Source of the DNA: Minisyncoccota bacterium
GTDB lineage: Bacteria; Patescibacteriota; Minisyncoccia; Phycocordibacterales; JAQTLZ01
Direction: 5' to 3'
Assembly: GCA_028711065.1 (NCBI GenBank)
Contig: JAQTSY010000006.1
Coordinates: 213 to 64,212 of the forward strand
Length of the DNA: 64,000 nucleotides
Made by a program: the position numbers and the translations under genes. How positions within the stretch are numbered: position 1 is the first letter of the stretch; every line of letters starts with the position of its first letter. The notes under the pieces were generated by a model, which worked only from the letters and a program-made list of their open reading frames with translations, did no database searches and had not been told where the DNA came from. This document shows, one piece after another, positions 43,548 to 52,553 of this stretch.

Positions 43548-45973
43548 CGTTTGAAGAATTAAAAAAAGCGACAAAGCCCTATAATCCGGTTCTTCTGCTT
43601 GAAGATATTATCTCTCGTCGCAAAAGAAAAATGCTTCGAGATGTGATCATCGGCATTGCGCTTCTTTCTTTTCTGCTTATACAAATTGGAACTTTAGTGC
43701 CATCGCACCTTGTTTACGGCGCCTGTTTCTTGCTTTTTGCGGCACTTATTCTTATCACCGTTGCAGATGCATTTTACTTCTCGTTTTATTTCTGGCACCT
43801 GGATCCGATCTTAAATGAAACTGCGCTTGAAGCGGGAAGTGAGATCATTACTCTTGAAGTAGCTTCCCTCGTCTATCACAGCTATCCAGATGATATAACC
43901 GCAGGATTTCTACGTTCAGAAATAGCTGAAATAATTCTTGTGCGATGCGGAATTAATCCGAGCGATGTAAAAACTTTTTTAGATGGACGAGAGACCCCGC
44001 TTTCTGCTGAAAATTTTGGTGATGTTGTTTGTATTGACGGTGAAGGAGGAATTTCTGTTACTGACTACGTTGCGCAGATTTTTAAACAAGACAAAGAATT
44101 TCAGGAATTTCTTTTCCAGCACCAAATCCAAGAAAAAGAATTCATCGGAGCAACGTCCTGGGTTGAGGATGCCCTTCGCGAGGAAAAATTGCGTCTTCGA
44201 TGGTGGGGAAAAGATCACCTTGCTCGCATTCAAGGAATTGGCAAGGATTGGGCGTATGGCAATGCTTACACCCTTCTCAAATATGCCACAGATATTACTG
44301 ATTCTGGTTTGGGCGAAGAGAGATCAAAGCACACTCTGCTTTCAGAGGTCGAAGAAATTGAAAAAATCCTCTGCCGTAACCGCAGTTCCAATGTTATCTT
44401 GGTGGGAGATGACGAGACGAGAAAAGACAAAATTCTCTCATCACTGGCGGGAAAAATTTCTCGAGGAGATGTTTTCGCTCCGCTTGAGCACAAAAGACTT
44501 TTTGTTTTGAACGCCTCGCTTTTGGTTGATCTTACGAAAGAAAAGGCTGCTTTTGAAGTTGAGCTTATTCAAATCCTCAATGAAGCAATAAAAGCGGGCA
44601 ACGTTATTCTCGTGTTCAAAGATTTTTCTACTCTTTTATCTGGTGCGAAGGCTCTCCATTCTGAAGTGCTTAGTCTTATGGAAACCTATTTTGCTTCTTC
44701 GCACCTTCAAATTATTGCTTTTTCAGGTACAGGTTCCTATCGCCAAGATATCGAGCCAAATGAGCTTGCGACTGAATATTTCGAAAAAGTAACGCTCGTC
44801 TCTGATAACGAAGGAAGCCTTTTGGACGCGCTTTGCCGCAGCGCGCTTTCTCTTGAGTACAAGTCAGGAGTTTTCTTTACCTATCCAGCGCTCGTCGCGG
44901 TCGCGCAAAGCGTCGCACGATATTATATGGATGCAAGTCCCCTTGATAAAGCGCTTGATATTCTTTTTGAATTAATTCCGTACGCGCATCAAAAGAAAAA
45001 AGGAGTTATTGGAAAAGAGGAAGTGCTGGCACTTTTAGGAACGAAAACAGGAATTCCGCTTGGAGAAGTAACTCCGAAAGAAAAAGGTGTGCTTGCGGAT
45101 TTGGAATCAGTGCTTCATAAAAGAATTGTCGGGCAAGATGAAGCTATCAAAGCGATTGCTTCGGCACTTCGACGAGCTCGCTCGGGAGTTGGAAGTAAAG
45201 ACAGGCCGATGGGCTCGTTTCTTTTCCTTGGTCCGACTGGAGTAGGAAAAACAGAAACCACAAAAGCGCTCGCAGCAACTTTCTTTGGTGATGAATCGAA
45301 AATTCTTCGGCTCGACATGTCTGAATATCGAACCGATGATGCGCTGGAGCGTCTTATCGGCTCATTTGAAGGTGGAAAGCCCGGAGTCTTGACCTCAATG
45401 CTTCGCGAGCATCCCTACGGCGTACTTTTACTCGATGAGTTTGAGAAAACCATGAAAGAAGTGCTCGACCTCTTTTTGCAGATTATTGATGAAGGAATAT
45501 TTTCGGACATGGCCGGGAAAAAAGTGAACGCGAGGAATCTTATCATCATTGCGACCTCGAATGCCGGAAGCGATATTATTTTCAAAACGGTAGAAAGTGG
45601 AAAAGATCTTCAGGCTGAAAAAAACAATCTTATCGATTCAATTATTGAGCAGGGAATTTTCAAGCCGGAACTTTTGAACCGTTTCGACGGGGTGATTCTC
45701 TTTAGGCCGTTGAATGACGAGGAGCTACGAAAAATTGCGACTCTTATGCTTACAAAACTTCAGGCGCGTCTCCGAGAGAAAGGAGTCGAGTTTGTGATTA
45801 ATGATGCGACTCTTGATGAAGTAGTAAAAGCTGGGACTGATCCAAAATTCGGCGCCCGCCCAATGAATCGCGCTGTGCAGGATAAAGTTGAACAGCTTGT
45901 GGCGGACAAAATGATTAGGGGCGAAATTTCCTCTGGCTCAAAAGTTGAACTTACTTCGGCAGACTTTGCTTGA
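43544..45973 (+). CDS. Membrane-anchored Clp/Hsp100-family AAA+ ATPase with degenerate NBD1 and intact NBD2
   Basis: Two N-terminal TM helices and a Clp_N-like segment. The D1 homolog has the Walker A replaced (NVILVGDDETRKDKI), whereas D2 is canonical (GSFLFLGPTGVGKTE Walker A, GVLLLDEFEK Walker B, a sensor-2 GARPMNRAV). There is no middle domain and no IGF/IGL ClpP loop. Confidence 0.75.
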   Translation: MTFEELKKATKPYNPVLLLEDIISRRKRKMLRDVIIGIALLSFLLIQIGTLVPSHLVYGACFLLFAALILITVADAFYFSFYFWHLDPILNETALEAGSEIITLEVASLVYHSYPDDITAGFLRSEIAEIILVRCGINPSDVKTFLDGRETPLSAENFGDVVCIDGEGGISVTDYVAQIFKQDKEFQEFLFQHQIQEKEFIGATSWVEDALREEKLRLRWWGKDHLARIQGIGKDWAYGNAYTLLKYATDITDSGLGEERSKHTLLSEVEEIEKILCRNRSSNVILVGDDETRKDKILSSLAGKISRGDVFAPLEHKRLFVLNASLLVDLTKEKAAFEVELIQILNEAIKAGNVILVFKDFSTLLSGAKALHSEVLSLMETYFASSHLQIIAFSGTGSYRQDIEPNELATEYFEKVTLVSDNEGSLLDALCRSALSLEYKSGVFFTYPALVAVAQSVARYYMDASPLDKALDILFELIPYAHQKKKGVIGKEEVLALLGTKTGIPLGEVTPKEKGVLADLESVLHKRIVGQDEAIKAIASALRRARSGVGSKDRPMGSFLFLGPTGVGKTETTKALAATFFGDESKILRLDMSEYRTDDALERLIGSFEGGKPGVLTSMLREHPYGVLLLDEFEKTMKEVLDLFLQIIDEGIFSDMAGKKVNARNLIIIATSNAGSDIIFKTVESGKDLQAEKNNLIDSIIEQGIFKPELLNRFDGVILFRPLNDEELRKIATLMLTKLQARLREKGVEFVINDATLDEVVKAGTDPKFGARPMNRAVQDKVEQLVADKMIRGEISSGSKVELTSADFA

Positions 45974-46523
45974 TGCTTCTCAAAACGCTTTCTATTTTGA
46001 TAAAGAGTTCCTCTCGAGTTCCGCTATTTTGAATGTGATAGTCAGCCTTAGCCATCGCCTTAGCCAGATTGTTTTTATTCGGGTCTTTTTGAGACATTTG
46101 GAATTCCTGTTCCTTCCTAAATTCCTCAAAACTTATTTGATCCTTTTCACCTCCTCTTTTCTTAATCCTCTCATAGCGCACTTCAAGCGGTGCATCTACA
46201 GCAAATTCAATCCCTCCGAGCGTGTGAATAAATGCAACTTCGGGAACGGTATGTTGCGGTTCGATGATAATATTTTCCTTTTTCACAATCGCATCCTTTG
46301 CAAGTTTGTACACTTCTTCCATAAGTTTTGTGGGGCCCTTCGCTCGAAATTCATTTGCGATAATTCGCCTGATGACCCGATCAGGCTTAAGTCCACGCTT
46401 TAGAGCTTCACCGGTAAGAAAAGTGTCAGAGACGCCAAAATGTTTGAATCCAAGTTTCCTCACAAGGTACTCCACGATAGTGCCTTTCCCGGCGCCAAGT
46501 GTTCCAGTAATTCCAATAATCAT
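45951..46523 (-). CDS. P-loop nucleotide kinase, dephospho-CoA kinase (CoaE)-like
   Basis: MIIGITGTLGAGKGT is the P-loop. The C-terminal segment VDAPLEVRYERI...ADYHIQNSGTREEL resembles the CoaE C-terminus. Confidence 0.5.
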   Translation of the reverse strand: MIIGITGTLGAGKGTIVEYLVRKLGFKHFGVSDTFLTGEALKRGLKPDRVIRRIIANEFRAKGPTKLMEEVYKLAKDAIVKKENIIIEPQHTVPEVAFIHTLGGIEFAVDAPLEVRYERIKKRGGEKDQISFEEFRKEQEFQMSQKDPNKNNLAKAMAKADYHIQNSGTREELFIKIESVLRSIKQSLPK

Positions 46524-46574
46524 CTCTCAATAGTAGGTCTTTTATGCAAAATTTCAAAATTAAAAAACCGGACG

Positions 46575-47393
46575 GAAGCTTGGAGCCTCGGTCCGGTGGT
46601 ATTCTTGTCGATGTTTGGGACTTGCTTGTCCCCCTAGAGGCTGAGCATGAGGTGGAACGCTTCCGCATTCCGATCCTTGTAGTTTTGCCTGAAGGCGAAC
46701 TCCTCCAAGTAACTTTGGAGCCTTTTGGGGTCTACTCCGTGGTAAGTCTCGTTGATGAACGTCTCGACGGATTGAAGAGTGTCGAGCAGTTCCGGCGCCG
46801 GTTTGGAATTCCTTCCCACCCCAATGTCTTCAAGGAATTTCCCCACGTCCTCCATCCGCTTGATATGTTTCAGGAGGAGTTTATTGCCGATGCGTACGGC
46901 CAAAACCTTCGCCGCCTTCTTGCTACCACAAACCTCCCCGATAGCGAATTTCGCCTGAACTCGCGGTTCACCGTTGCTGTGCAGATTGGCTTTGCCCATC
47001 TCGTCGCGGAGCTTGTGGAGCATATAGAAGGCCGGCTCATAACGCTTGAGCCCCAACAGTCTTTGCAGATCCAGTGCGCTACAGTATTCATCTTGCAAAA
47101 GCATGAACGCGGCCAAAAACCACTTGGTCAACGCAATGTGCGTGTGGTCCATCGCTGTGCCGACGGTGAGACTCACCTGGGTGCGGCACTTGGCGCACTG
47201 GATGACCCGCCTTGTGGTCAAACGGTGACTGCGTGTACAGCCACAATTCGGACACACGAAGCCTTTTGGCCAGCGTGCCTGAATTATGTGTTCCAGGCAG
47301 ACCTCATCATTCCCGAACATCTTCTTCAAATCCCCAGGGGTCTTGGGGAAATTCCTTCTGGTCAACATTACACACCGTCCTTTCGTTTTTAAT
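46575..47393. mobile_element. Putative decayed IS1595-family insertion sequence (GC-rich); candidate imperfect terminal repeats aaaaaaccggacgg / ccgtcctttcgttttt
   Basis: It encloses a transposase-like ORF, GC is about 55% against a 40% backbone, and the flanking sequences share AAAAAC..GGACGG in inverted orientation. Confidence 0.35.
46634..47368 (-). CDS. IS1595-family (ISXO2-like) transposase, apparently lacking most of the DDE core
   Basis: The N-terminal zinc ribbon (CPNCGCTRSHRL...CAKCR) and an HTH-like LTKWFLAAFMLL stretch are present. The C-terminal signature YLEEFAFRQNYKDR is present. Only about 100 aa separate them, which is too few for a full DDE domain. Confidence 0.6.
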   Translation of the reverse strand: MLTRRNFPKTPGDLKKMFGNDEVCLEHIIQARWPKGFVCPNCGCTRSHRLTTRRVIQCAKCRTQVSLTVGTAMDHTHIALTKWFLAAFMLLQDEYCSALDLQRLLGLKRYEPAFYMLHKLRDEMGKANLHSNGEPRVQAKFAIGEVCGSKKAAKVLAVRIGNKLLLKHIKRMEDVGKFLEDIGVGRNSKPAPELLDTLQSVETFINETYHGVDPKRLQSYLEEFAFRQNYKDRNAEAFHLMLSL

Positions 47394-47472
47394 GGCCTCG
47401 ATTAGGCCAAAACCAAAGAGGATAGTAGATATTTTATGTACTTTTGTCAATAATGAGATACAATAGCCAACT

Positions 47473-48465
47473 ATGGTCAATTCGGGATTTTGGGGGAAAT
47501 TAAAAAAGCCAATAATGGTGCTTGCTCCGATGGCAGATGTTACGGACGCGGCTTTTCGGCGCATTATCGCAAAATATGGCAAGCCTGATGTTATGTACAC
47601 GGAATTTGTTTCGGCTGACGGGCTTGTCATGGCGGACGATGAGGGAAAAGCAAAATTAAAAAAAGATCTGCTTTTCTCTGAATCTGAACGTCCGATCGTC
47701 GCACAATTTTTTTCTGGAAAACCGGAGATGATAGAAAAAGCGGCACAGCTTGCTGTCGAGCTTGGTTTCGACGGAATTGATATCAATATGGGATGTCCTG
47801 CGGGACCGATTGAAAAACAAGGAGCGGGTGCGGCACTTATCAAGAATCCGAAACGTGCGCGAGAAATTATCCAAGCTGCAAAAAGGGGAGCGGGAAGTTT
47901 GCCTGTGTCCGTGAAGACTCGGATTGGTTGGAGTAAGAATGAAATCGAAACCTGGCTTCCGGAAATTTTGGCAGAAGAGCCGGCTGCTGTGATTGTTCAC
48001 GCTCGCACGCGAAAAGAGATGTCAAAAGTTCCTGCACGTTGGGATGTGGTGAAGAGAGCGGTGGAAATTCGAAATGAATTAAAAAGTGAGACACTCATTC
48101 TTGGAAACGGGGATGTGAAAGATCTCGAAGATGGACGCGCAAAAATAAAAGAGTCTGGCGTGGATGGAGCAATGCTTGGTCGCGCTATTTTCGGCAACCC
48201 GTGGTTATTTCAGGAGAGAAAACTTGAAGACGTTCCACTTCCTGAAAGATTTGAAGTTATGTGCGAACACACGGAAACTTTTGAGAAACTTCTCGGTGGG
48301 GTTAAAAATTTCGCGCTCATGAAAAAACATTTCAAAGCGTATGTCGAAGGTTTCCCTGGCGCGAAAGAATTACGAGTTAAACTTATGGAAGCGGATGATG
48401 CGGTAAAAATAAAATCACTTCTGAAAGATTTTCTTGCTACCTCTGTGGATAACTCCACTCGATAA
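47473..48465 (+). CDS. dus: tRNA-dihydrouridine synthase
   Basis: The Dus TIM-barrel is indicated by LAPMADVTDAAFRRI and DINMGCPAGP (catalytic Cys). Confidence 0.85.
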   Translation: MVNSGFWGKLKKPIMVLAPMADVTDAAFRRIIAKYGKPDVMYTEFVSADGLVMADDEGKAKLKKDLLFSESERPIVAQFFSGKPEMIEKAAQLAVELGFDGIDINMGCPAGPIEKQGAGAALIKNPKRAREIIQAAKRGAGSLPVSVKTRIGWSKNEIETWLPEILAEEPAAVIVHARTRKEMSKVPARWDVVKRAVEIRNELKSETLILGNGDVKDLEDGRAKIKESGVDGAMLGRAIFGNPWLFQERKLEDVPLPERFEVMCEHTETFEKLLGGVKNFALMKKHFKAYVEGFPGAKELRVKLMEADDAVKIKSLLKDFLATSVDNSTR

Positions 48466-48602
48466 TGATGGCTTTCCGCAAAAACCAGCAGTACTATTAA
48501 AGAGTGCTGTTTGAGCTGATGCTGTCCTATTCTGGATAGCCTGTCTCGGACAGAAGACAAGTACGTCTCCAGTGTGGAGACAAAATAAGGGGAGGGCAGG
48601 TC

Positions 48603-49148
48603 ATGCGCAACAGACCGACCGCCGTAAAGGCGCTGCTTATCGCAGCGATCCTGATGTTCAGTATTCCGTACGCGTGGTGCAATCCGACGACGACGACCGC
48701 GAATGGGGAGGGCAAGGCAATCGCCGCCAACTCGGACAACATCGCCGTTTTCGTGAATGTGGACAACCGCGTCGAGCACGGGCGTATGCGCGTCGTGTAC
48801 GTGAACGAGTACCGCTGGAACAACATCAATCTCGCGCTGCAAGGGCAGGCCGGCGAGATGAACGTGAACGGCCGCAATTTCGCCATCGAGGAGTACAAGA
48901 ACAACGGCGACAATCCGGCGTTCCAGGCATCCGCGACGAACTACGATCCGTCGCCGCAGTCAGTCATCCAGGTCAACGAGAACATCATCGCGCTGAACAA
49001 GGGCAGGCCGGAAGGTTGGCAAAATAATGGTCCGAATCCGTCGGCATGGACATACGCGTCGCACAAGCATTTTACAGATCAACGCGCGGCCGGCTACTTC
49101 GGGTTCCACAACAATTCTAATGGCATGGTGTGCATCACCGGCCAATGA
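48603..49148 (+). CDS. Secreted hypothetical protein (signal peptide), encoded in a ~60% GC island
   Basis: MRNRPTAVKALLIAAILMFSIPYAWC is a signal-peptide-like N-terminus and the protein is Asn/Gly-rich. All overlapping ORFs look like shadows of the high GC content. Confidence 0.5.
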   Translation: MRNRPTAVKALLIAAILMFSIPYAWCNPTTTTANGEGKAIAANSDNIAVFVNVDNRVEHGRMRVVYVNEYRWNNINLALQGQAGEMNVNGRNFAIEEYKNNGDNPAFQASATNYDPSPQSVIQVNENIIALNKGRPEGWQNNGPNPSAWTYASHKHFTDQRAAGYFGFHNNSNGMVCITGQ

Positions 49149-49406
49149 TTGACCCGAGCAATCGGGCGCATTATAGGGGCTGACGAACACACCAGTGTCC
49201 GCCAGCCCTGTTTTCTACCCAATTTTCTTTCTTTCGGGAGCTAGTTGACATTTTTAAGGGCTGTGCTAAGGTATCTCCCGGTCAAGAAGTAAAAGGTTAC
49301 ATAAAAAACGACTCTAGTGGGAGGCACGCCTTTGTGGGCGCGTTTTCGTTACTAGATCACAGGGTGGGGAAGCCAATAGGGCAACCCCGTACACGGGAGG
49401 TGCAGT

Positions 49407-49982
49407 ATGTTGTATGCCACAAAGCACTACGGCCTGATGCTGGCCGGGTTCGTTTCGATTGTCTTGTTCAGTTTCTCGACGCGCGCGACCGAAGCCCAGC
49501 CGCAGAGCGATCAGACCAAGGACAAGCCGACGACGGTGAACAAGGATGCCAGCGCGGCGCCCGCGAAGGACGGCGTGAAGCAGGCCAGCAACACGGCCGT
49601 GCAGACGGTTGAGGTCAACAACAAGGATGGAGCTGTGAAGTTTCTGAGCTCCATCTGCGAGGTCGGCCTCAACCTGAAGCCGACGATCATCGGCACGCAG
49701 GACACTACCACGGTTTTCGCGCAGCTCGTTGACGCGAAGGCCGTAAACGTTACGCCCACGCGCGATTTTTGCATCAAGCTGGAAAACAACGAGGGCGTGA
49801 AGTACGTGTTGAGCGAGAACGACATGAAGGAACTCATCCTGAAGCTGGACAACTCTTCTCGCCCGGACATGATCACACTGATTCCGGCACTGAAGAAGGC
49901 CAGCGTCAGCATGAACGACGGCGCCAATAAGTCCACACTGGCCGTCAGCACGACCTCCGCCCCCGGCGCCGACAAGAAATAG
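49407..49982 (+). CDS. Secreted/membrane-anchored hypothetical protein, encoded in the same high-GC island
   Basis: The RBS GGGAGGTG precedes the ATG. The N-terminus is hydrophobic (GLMLAGFVSIVLFSFS). Confidence 0.5.
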   Translation: MLYATKHYGLMLAGFVSIVLFSFSTRATEAQPQSDQTKDKPTTVNKDASAAPAKDGVKQASNTAVQTVEVNNKDGAVKFLSSICEVGLNLKPTIIGTQDTTTVFAQLVDAKAVNVTPTRDFCIKLENNEGVKYVLSENDMKELILKLDNSSRPDMITLIPALKKASVSMNDGANKSTLAVSTTSAPGADKK

Positions 49983-50286
49983 TCGGCCGCCGGCAAAGGG
50001 ATTGGCCCATTCTCGATTCCATCGAGGTGGGCCAATCCCGCCCCAAACTTCAGTAGTACACCAACAATTAAATAGCAAGAACCCAATCACGTTCGTGACT
50101 GGGCGCAGATCATGACTTCATAATCCTCAAAGGAAAAGAGAAGTTGATCAGCCCTTGAAAAGGGAGAAAGGAGCAACATAGGAAACGACACCTGTGCCAA
50201 TCTTTTCTCCCTTTCAACTTTTCTGCCCCCGCTTTGAGGCGGTTTTTTATTTTTTTAAAATCATTTTCTTCTGTTATACTCTCCGT

Positions 50287-51327
50287 ATGTCCGAAACTGC
50301 TTTATATCGAAAATACCGCCCGCATTCTTTCGTTGAAGTTGTGGGGCAGGAACATATTGTAAAAGTTCTCTCGGCTTCTGCTTCTTCGGGCAAAATTGCT
50401 CATGCCTATCTTTTTTCCGGTTCACGCGGTACTGGGAAGACTTCTCTTGCAAGAATTTTTGCGGAAACGCTTGGCACGAGCGCAAATGATCTGAATGAAA
50501 TAGATGCTGCATCTAATAATGGTGTGGACGAGGTTCGGGCATTAAATGAGGCTGTAAGCGTGCTTCCTTTTGAATCGAAATACAAAGTCTATATTTTTGA
50601 TGAAGTGCATATGTTTTCCAAGTCTGCCTGGAATGCACTTCTGAAAACACTCGAGGAACCACCGAAACATGTTATTTTCATTCTTGCGACGACTGAAATT
50701 GATAAAGTGCCGGAAACAATTATTTCTCGCTGTCAGACATTTACTTTCCGAAAGCCGAGCCAAGAAATTCTTGCGACTGTTGTAAAAAATGTTGCAAAGA
50801 AAGAAGGATACACTCTCGAACCAGCATCTGCAGATCTCATCGGGATTCTTGCTGATGGTTCTTTCCGTGATGCACTTGGAATTGTCCAGAAAATTCTCGG
50901 AATTTCAAAAGACAAAAAGATTTCAGTCGAAGAAGTGGAAATGGTGACCGGCGCGCCTCGCTCGGAGCTTGTAAACGCATTTATCGAAGCGCTTTCTGAA
51001 AAAAATAGCGAAAAGGGGATTGGAGCAATCCAAAAAGCCCTGAAACAAAATGTGGATATGAAAGTGTATGCCAAACTTATCCTTATGAAGCTCCGCTTCG
51101 TGCTTCTTTTGAAATTTGCGCCGACGCTCGCACAGGAATTTTCCTCGCATATCTCAAAAGAAGATTTTGAATATCTAAAAACACTTTCACAAAAAAAAGA
51201 ATCTCATATTTCATCGGCAACCCTTCTCGAAATGCTTAGCGCGTATGACATGATTGGCCGTTCCTATATTCCAGAACTTTCTCTCGAAATAGCTTTAGTG
51301 AAGCTTTCTGGTGTCTCACAACAATAG
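50287..51327 (+). CDS. dnaX: DNA polymerase III subunit gamma/tau, short form
   Basis: YRKYRP...VVGQEH... opens the protein. GSRGTGKTS is the P-loop, IFDEVHM is Walker B, and the sensor SRCQ is present. The start is taken at 50287, where a -10 TATACT ends 7 nt upstream. Confidence 0.8.
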   Translation: MSETALYRKYRPHSFVEVVGQEHIVKVLSASASSGKIAHAYLFSGSRGTGKTSLARIFAETLGTSANDLNEIDAASNNGVDEVRALNEAVSVLPFESKYKVYIFDEVHMFSKSAWNALLKTLEEPPKHVIFILATTEIDKVPETIISRCQTFTFRKPSQEILATVVKNVAKKEGYTLEPASADLIGILADGSFRDALGIVQKILGISKDKKISVEEVEMVTGAPRSELVNAFIEALSEKNSEKGIGAIQKALKQNVDMKVYAKLILMKLRFVLLLKFAPTLAQEFSSHISKEDFEYLKTLSQKKESHISSATLLEMLSAYDMIGRSYIPELSLEIALVKLSGVSQQ

Positions 51328-51370
51328 ATTTTTTGGTCGTTTTAAGATATTCTTAACCCTGTTTTATCAC

Positions 51371-51441
51371 TGGGGGATCGTCTAACGGTAGGACAGAGGC
51401 CTTTGAAGCCTTTAATCGGGGTTCGATTCCCTGTCCCCCAG
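51371..51441 (+). tRNA. tRNA-Gln (anticodon TTG); CCA not encoded
   Basis: The U1-A72 acceptor pair tggggga/tccccca, the anticodon loop cuUUGaa, the T-arm cgggg-ttcgatt-ccctg and a discriminator G match the architecture of bacterial tRNA-Gln. Confidence 0.85.
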
Positions 51442-51588
51442 CAAAATTTCCAGAGGAAATTTTCTGTCCGAAGTAATGGGGATTACTTCGGCAGGGAATC
51501 GAAGCCTGTTTGAGTATTTACTGAAAGTAAATCCAAACAGGAAACTGCTCCTGTAAGGAGCGATACTCCCTGTCCCCCAGCCAACTCG
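51442..51588. repeat. Highly structured 130-nt segment bracketed by the tRNA-Gln 3' end and an imperfect direct repeat of it (att-like)
   Basis: The tRNA 3' end is cgattccctgtcccccagca (51424-51443). The repeat is cgatactccctgtcccccagcca (about 51566-51588), this time with CCA. The interval contains four stable hairpins. Confidence 0.7.
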
Positions 51589-51639
51589 CGCCAGGTTATC
51601 GCGCTCGAGATGCGTCGATAATCGGTAAAATAATTAATT

Positions 51640-52038
51640 ATGCAAAAACCAATTGAAGAATATACGGATGGTGAACTGATGTCTGTAATCCGACAGGCTG
51701 AAAATACTGATATATCGGGCAGTCAATACCAAAAGGCAAAAAATGAATGGGATATGCGTCAGCAAGTAAAAATTGCTCAAGCAACAGAAAAAAAGAGGGG
51801 AGGAATATTTTTTGAAGTCGGCGGCAATATGATAAACGATGGAGCTATTCATACAGCTGAGGGTGCAACGGTCGACGTGAGTGTTGCTGGTGACTACACA
51901 AGCAACAAAGGAAAAATCTACCAAGGGAAAGGCCCAAAGGACGAGACCCTACTCGATAAGTTCTTTTGGCTTATTATTGTACCGGTACTAGTTGTTGTGA
52001 TTGGAGGATTTATACTCCACTACTTTGGTTGGGTTTAA
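51640..52038 (+). CDS. Hypothetical protein with C-terminal TM anchor
   Basis: No known domain. A C-terminal hydrophobic helix is present (FFWLIIVPVLVVVIGGFILHYF). Confidence 0.45.
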   Translation: MQKPIEEYTDGELMSVIRQAENTDISGSQYQKAKNEWDMRQQVKIAQATEKKRGGIFFEVGGNMINDGAIHTAEGATVDVSVAGDYTSNKGKIYQGKGPKDETLLDKFFWLIIVPVLVVVIGGFILHYFGWV

Positions 52039-52159
52039 TTAATCTTCTTAGCCCCACGAGACTTGTTGATTTCATTTACAAAAACTAACCAAACGGACCA
52101 ACCCGGGCTTGACCGATAGCGGTTCTAACTCGAGACGGCCAGCCAAAGTTTAAATCCCC

Positions 52160-52510
52160 ATGCTCAAACAAAATCTGTACGCAACTAGCTTCTCAAAGGT
52201 ATATCCGTACTATATCGCTAAGGCGGAGAAGAAAGGACGCACAAAAGCAGAGGTCGACGAAATTATTTGTTGGCTCACTGGCTATAGTCAAAAACAGTTT
52301 GAAAAACAATTGGAAAAGGGGATAGATTTTAAAACTTTCTATCTCAAAGCTCCTAAGCCGAATCCAAAACGCCGTCTGATCAAAGGTGTGGTTTGCGGTG
52401 TCCGAATAGAAGAGATTACAGATCGGGTTATGCGCGAGATTCGTTATTTAGATAAACTTATAGATGAACTGGCAAAGGGAAAAGCGATGGAGGAAATTTT
52501 GCGAAAGTAA
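52160..52510 (+). CDS. DUF2200-like small protein
   Basis: The 116-aa protein reads [33 protein letters not shown]...[20 protein letters not shown], which I recall as matching the DUF2200 family pattern. Confidence 0.45.
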   Translation: MLKQNLYATSFSKVYPYYIAKAEKKGRTKAEVDEIICWLTGYSQKQFEKQLEKGIDFKTFYLKAPKPNPKRRLIKGVVCGVRIEEITDRVMREIRYLDKLIDELAKGKAMEEILRK

Positions 52511-52553
52511 TATGTTTTCGAAATATTTATAAGAATAGAACGTCTCACATAGC

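Noticed and set aside
46544-47392. 282-aa + strand ORF overlapping the IS1595 transposase gene
   Set aside because: It is a high-GC antisense shadow. The minus-strand product has recognisable transposase motifs (zinc ribbon, YLEEFAFRQN); the + strand product has none.
48210-50090. Multiple long overlapping ORFs on both strands (48210..48842 -, 48527..48913 -, 48572..49027 +, 49314..50090 -, 49511..50086 -)
   Set aside because: This ~60% GC island is stop-codon-poor in all frames. Only the two + strand ORFs have an RBS and a signal-peptide-like N-terminus, so the others are treated as compositional shadows.
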